From an uncultured Bacilli bacterium (GTDB lineage Bacteria > Bacillota_I > Bacilli_A > RFN20 > CAG-288): a stretch of DNA of 64,000 nt. The notes beneath the pieces are model-generated. The model was not told where the DNA came from. It did not search any database and saw nothing but the letters and a program-made list of their open reading frames with translations. The number at the start of each line of letters is the position of its first letter. The stretch's first letter is position 1. Location: positions 22,924 through 86,923 of the forward strand of contig CALVKB010000001.1 in the NCBI GenBank assembly GCA_944332485.1, written 5' to 3'. Of this stretch, positions 59,879-64,000 are shown one piece after another. The translations under genes were made by a program, and so were the position numbers.

Positions 59879-61762
59879 ATGAAAAAACTTATTAAATCAT
59901 TGTTAGTTTTGAGTGTTTTACCTTTATCAAGTTGTGCTTCAAATATGCAAGGTTCCATCACTTTCTATTTCAATGGTGGTGTTTCAACTGATCCGACTAT
60001 AACAATGACAACTTTGAATGAAACTTTCAAAGGAACAAGCGGAGAAAAATTGGATATAACTGTCCCATCTTTAACACGTGATGGTTATTATTTTTTGGGT
60101 TGGTATGAGACATGTACATTAGATAATAACAATCTTTGTACAACTTACTCAAATAAGATTGATTTTACAACCCCTGTCATCCCATATGGTCAAGCTAGTG
60201 CCTATGCGGTATTTAAAAAGGTCGTTGATATAACTTTCAATTTCAATCAATCAAGTTTCTCCACGATGGAAGATACAACGTTTGTATTAGAAGGTTATGA
60301 GTCAAAAAGTATCGCTTCCAGCAGTATTCCAACCTCAACTGATCAAAAAGTTAAAAACTACTATTTATCTGATACTTGGTATTATGATAGAGAATGCACA
60401 CAGCCATTCAATTTTAACAATGCAGTTTTCGGTAATGAAAATATAACTTTATATGGAAAATGGATAAGCAATCCAACTTTGATTTTCTTGTCAGGTAACA
60501 ATGAAAGAAGAGGAACATTCGCTGATGGTACAGATATGTACATCACCAGCGAATACGATTTTGATACTGTTTTCGATCCGACAAACTTACCAGAATTGAC
60601 AAGAACTAGTCCAAATGGAATCCCATCGATTTTCGAAGGTTGGTTCTTAGTCAATGATGATAATGGAAATTTAGTATTTACCGACTATCAATACACCTTT
60701 GGTAATAATCCAATAGGTGAGAAGGATATTATTTTATATGCCAAATGGAAGGATAGCTTGAATGTTGAAGTGAACTATCCAGATGGCACATCTGTGACAT
60801 CCTCAATTTATGAGAATATGACATTTGAAGCTTCAAGAGAAATTACTCATGTTGATGATATTTACAAAACTATTACAAACAAAAATTTTGTCAATTTTAC
60901 CTATTCAACAATCGATAACACTATTCAAAATGAGGTTTTTTACAAACAATCTACTATCGTCAATCAAGAGATTATAATAAACGCTAACTACACCGATTAT
61001 CCAACTATAAATGTTTATTATATTGATAGTTCAAATAATTATATTAAAGTTGGAGATGAAACTTTCATTGTTCCTAACGACTCATACTTATTGAGTTTAG
61101 GAAGTTATGAACAACAAACTTTGAATGATAATGCAGTAATTGATTATTTTGTTGAAAACAATTCATCTTTACTTGAGGATTACTATATCAAAGATTTCTT
61201 AACTTACACCTTTGATAATGATAATAATATCATCAAAGATGAATATGATAAGTATGTATTAAGAAGTGTTTCCGCTGATAATAAAGTTGGTGATAACCCA
61301 AATATGGATATTTTTATCGAATTGGGAACTTATTATAAATTTAACTATGAAGAACAGATAATCAAATTAAAACAAGGTGAAATTTTAAATTACAGTGATG
61401 TTAATAATCTTGTTGACACAAATAAACAATCAAGCTCATACAAACTTGAATCAACTTTGATGAACAGTTTTATCCTTGATGCTGATCATTCCTATAATAC
61501 AAGTTTGTTTACCAATGATTATATTTGGAGTATTTCAATCCCGACTTTATTGAGTTTTAAAGTTGTTTATAATTCGACTGTTATATATGAAAACAACAAT
61601 CTTTCAGAAGGTTATTTGATGAACGAAATTTACTCTGAAATTAAAACAACTTTGAAAAATCTCGGTGTTGAAAATTATTATTTTTATGATCTAAATGTAA
61701 ATAGTGAAGTATCAGTCCCTAGCATGCTAGATAAAAGCTATAATATCGAAATTCGAGTTTAA
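59879..61762 (+). CDS. Surface lipoprotein with Listeria-Bacteroides (Flg_new-type) repeat domains
   Basis: Lipobox LSSC. Repeats with the (Y/F)xF(L/E)GW(Y/F) signature: DGYYFLGWYET, IFEGWFLVND. Confidence 0.65.
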   Translation: MKKLIKSLLVLSVLPLSSCASNMQGSITFYFNGGVSTDPTITMTTLNETFKGTSGEKLDITVPSLTRDGYYFLGWYETCTLDNNNLCTTYSNKIDFTTPVIPYGQASAYAVFKKVVDITFNFNQSSFSTMEDTTFVLEGYESKSIASSSIPTSTDQKVKNYYLSDTWYYDRECTQPFNFNNAVFGNENITLYGKWISNPTLIFLSGNNERRGTFADGTDMYITSEYDFDTVFDPTNLPELTRTSPNGIPSIFEGWFLVNDDNGNLVFTDYQYTFGNNPIGEKDIILYAKWKDSLNVEVNYPDGTSVTSSIYENMTFEASREITHVDDIYKTITNKNFVNFTYSTIDNTIQNEVFYKQSTIVNQEIIINANYTDYPTINVYYIDSSNNYIKVGDETFIVPNDSYLLSLGSYEQQTLNDNAVIDYFVENNSSLLEDYYIKDFLTYTFDNDNNIIKDEYDKYVLRSVSADNKVGDNPNMDIFIELGTYYKFNYEEQIIKLKQGEILNYSDVNNLVDTNKQSSSYKLESTLMNSFILDADHSYNTSLFTNDYIWSISIPTLLSFKVVYNSTVIYENNNLSEGYLMNEIYSEIKTTLKNLGVENYYFYDLNVNSEVSVPSMLDKSYNIEIRV

Positions 61763-61764
61763 TT

Positions 61765-63081
61765 ATGACAAAAAATGAATTAATAACCCTTTGCGAAAAA
61801 CAAAAGAACTTCTATAAAACTTTGAAGACTAAAGATATAAATTTTCGCTTGCAACAATTGAAAAAATTATACAAATTACTTTATTCTAATAAACTTAACA
61901 TTTTTAAATGTTTAAAAGAAGATTTAGGTAAAACATATAAGGAATCATACACTTCTGAGTTACTTTTGTGTCTAGAAGAGATACATTACTTTATAAAAAA
62001 TTTAAAAAAGTTATCAAAAAGAAGAAAAATTGAAAATACGATTAAAAGCAAAAATATAAAATCTTTTATCCTATATGAACCTCTTGGTTTAACATATATT
62101 ATCTCACCTTTTAATTATCCTTTACAATTGACCGTTGTTCCTTTAATAGACTCTATTGCAAGCGGTAATGTCAATTTGATCAAACTTTCTGAAAAAACTA
62201 GTAACTTTACCAAATACTTCACAAATCTTATAAATGAGAATTTCCCTGAAGAATTTTTAAAAATTATCGATATAGATTATGAAACTTCAGATTTTCTGAT
62301 TTCTAATTTTGTCGATCATGTATTTTTCACTGGTTCAACAAAAGTTGGGCACCACATAATGGAAATTGCAAGTAATTCATTATGTAAAGTTTCTTTGGAA
62401 CTTGGTGGTAAATCTCCTTGTGTAATCTTAGATGACGCTAATATCGAACAAGCATGTAAAAGAATAATATACGGAAAATATCTTAATGCTGGTCAAACCT
62501 GCATCGCAGTTGATTATTTATATGTAAGTGAAAATAAATATAAAGAAGTTCTCGCTAATTTAGAAAAATACATCAAACTTTTCTATGGTGAAAATCCATT
62601 GAAAAATGAAAATTATAATAAAATTATCGATGCATCTGCGTTTAACCGATTAAAAAGTTATTTAAAGCAAGGAAAGATATACTTTGGTGGAAAAACCGAT
62701 GATAAAACTAACAGAATAGAACCAACAATACTTTTTGATATAAAACGTGATTCAAAATTGAATGAAGATGAGATTTTCGGTCCAATTTTGCCGATTTATA
62801 TTTACAAAGACTACATAGAATTAATTAAAGAACTTGATTGTAGAATAATAGAAAAACCACTTGCTTTTTACATTTTTACAAACAACTTAAAGCAAGCAAA
62901 GGAAATTTTAAATAGATATTCCTCTGGTACTAGTGCAATAAATGATACTATAATGCAAATTGTAAATAACAATGTTCCATTCGGAGGTGTTAACTATTCT
63001 GGAATCAATTCTTATCATGGAAAATTTGGGTTTGAATGTTTCTCACATTTAAAATCTATAACATACAATTTGAAAAAATAA
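61765..63081 (+). CDS. Aldehyde dehydrogenase (short, class-3-like NAD(P)+ ALDH)
   Basis: ELGGKSP and catalytic Cys region GQTCIAVDY; 438 aa. Confidence 0.88.
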   Translation: MTKNELITLCEKQKNFYKTLKTKDINFRLQQLKKLYKLLYSNKLNIFKCLKEDLGKTYKESYTSELLLCLEEIHYFIKNLKKLSKRRKIENTIKSKNIKSFILYEPLGLTYIISPFNYPLQLTVVPLIDSIASGNVNLIKLSEKTSNFTKYFTNLINENFPEEFLKIIDIDYETSDFLISNFVDHVFFTGSTKVGHHIMEIASNSLCKVSLELGGKSPCVILDDANIEQACKRIIYGKYLNAGQTCIAVDYLYVSENKYKEVLANLEKYIKLFYGENPLKNENYNKIIDASAFNRLKSYLKQGKIYFGGKTDDKTNRIEPTILFDIKRDSKLNEDEIFGPILPIYIYKDYIELIKELDCRIIEKPLAFYIFTNNLKQAKEILNRYSSGTSAINDTIMQIVNNNVPFGGVNYSGINSYHGKFGFECFSHLKSITYNLKK

Positions 63082-63089
63082 AAAAACTG

Positions 63090-63160
63090 TTGGAATGACA
63101 AATTGTTCATTTTATTAAGAGGAACAATCCATTCACAACAGTTTTTTATTTTGTAAATAT
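63090..63160. terminator. Inverted-repeat terminator region between convergent genes
   Basis: aaaaaactgttg ... caacagtttttt inverted repeat. Confidence 0.4.
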
Positions 63161-63169
63161 CAAATTAAA

Positions 63170-64000
63170 TTAACAATCAGCATCGTAGAAGCAACTACCG
63201 CCGATAAACTCTCTCATCAATGAATTATTCGGGATGTATTTGTCTTCCAATTCCTCAAGTAACAGCAAGAACTTTTTAAGCTTTCTGACAGTTGTGTAAC
63301 AATCAGAGGTTTCTTCAACTTGATTCAAGATTGGCATAGCGTGTTTTTTCATAACATTCAATTCATAAGGTAAAAGTGAATTGAATACAAAATCAGCTCC
63401 TTCTTGAGTAGCATAAATCCATTTGAACTCACCTTTTCTGACACTTGGCCACATTCTTATAGTGTCCTCAGCAGTAGCGTTTCTTGTACGATAATCACGA
63501 ACTATTCTTCTTAATAATCTAAGATCAGTTAAAGAAATCGGGTTATGATCATCGATGTTGATCTGAGCTTGAGGAGCGATATAAATCTTGAATTTTTGAT
63601 AACGTGAGATGGAAGGAGTGAGTTTATCATTCAAAGCGTGAATACCTTCGATGATGATAGGTTGATTCTTCTCAAGTTTAATCGGAGCAGCTTTAAGGTG
63701 TTTCTTTGTTTTGAAATCAAAGATAGGTAAAGCCACTTTCTCACCTTCGATCAAAGCTAAAATATCTTTATTGAATTGCTTTGTATCCAATGCTTCGATT
63801 GTTTCTAAATCCACTTTGCCATCCTCATCAAGTGGGCATTGTTCTCTTGGCAAATAATAATCATCGATACTGACACGGATAGGATTCAAACCTTTGGACA
63901 TCAACTCTAAACGCAATCTGTTTGCAAAGGTTGTTTTACCTGAACTGGATGGACCAGCAATACAGATAAGTCTTATATCTGAATCAGCGTATTTAATCAT
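63170..64000 (-). CDS. udk: Uridine kinase / phosphoribulokinase-family nucleoside kinase (may continue beyond window edge)
   Basis: P-loop GPSSSGKTTFANRL and PRK-family core; about 60-aa C-terminal extension. An ATG lies exactly at the window boundary, so the true N-terminus is uncertain. Confidence 0.7.
   Translation of the reverse strand: MIKYADSDIRLICIAGPSSSGKTTFANRLRLELMSKGLNPIRVSIDDYYLPREQCPLDEDGKVDLETIEALDTKQFNKDILALIEGEKVALPIFDFKTKKHLKAAPIKLEKNQPIIIEGIHALNDKLTPSISRYQKFKIYIAPQAQINIDDHNPISLTDLRLLRRIVRDYRTRNATAEDTIRMWPSVRKGEFKWIYATQEGADFVFNSLLPYELNVMKKHAMPILNQVEETSDCYTTVRKLKKFLLLLEELEDKYIPNNSLMREFIGGSCFYDADC

Noticed and set aside
1-64000. CRISPR arrays, IS elements, prophage or defence islands
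   Set aside because: No regularly spaced direct repeats, transposase, integrase, restriction or toxin genes were recognised. The window reads as core chromosome.

Overview
The window is visibly AT-rich, gene-dense, mostly plus-strand chromosomal core DNA from a low-GC Firmicutes- or Mollicutes-like bacterium. It uses the standard genetic code: TGA terminates ychF at 19621-19623, and all ORFs are full length with TGA read as stop. No transposases, integrases, CRISPR arrays or restriction or toxin genes were recognised. The 5' third keeps the gene order of the B. subtilis recA region (recA 3' end, rny, ymdB, spoVS, miaB, ymcA/ricA-like, mutS, mutL, miaA) but without pbpX, and miaA is fused to a TcdA-type tRNA dehydratase. 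Next come one-carbon genes (fhs, folD), two tandem fused ABC ATPase-FtsX permeases, cspA-family, ychF, ispF, argS, rpoE (delta), fba, nrnA and a CysQ-like phosphatase. The minus strand carries a MATE transporter, a NifU-like gene and a tRNA operon (Val-Tyr-Gln-Lys-Leu) behind a consensus sigma-A promoter. Downstream are pgi, ispD-like, gpmI and tal/fsa. Two type-I pullulanase paralogues (one lipoprotein, one cytoplasmic) flank an APH/ChoK-fold kinase and pduL. The most unusual region is the Rnf operon (rnfC-D-G-E-A, a small Cys-rich gene, rnfB). RnfD and RnfG carry extra C-terminal modules with SGAT-like flavinylation motifs, RnfB is shortened to its N-terminal Fe-S domain, and a NusG_II-like and Gx-transporter-like gene pair follows; no ApbE-like flavin transferase is seen in the window. 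I read this as a candidate flavin-based extracytoplasmic electron-transfer variant of Rnf. The rest is a TSCPD protein, metK, speA-like and speB, hpf, M3 and M32 peptidases, DJ-1/PfpI, pnp, a lipoprotein with Listeria-Bacteroides repeats, an aldehyde dehydrogenase and a uridine-kinase-family gene at the 3' edge.
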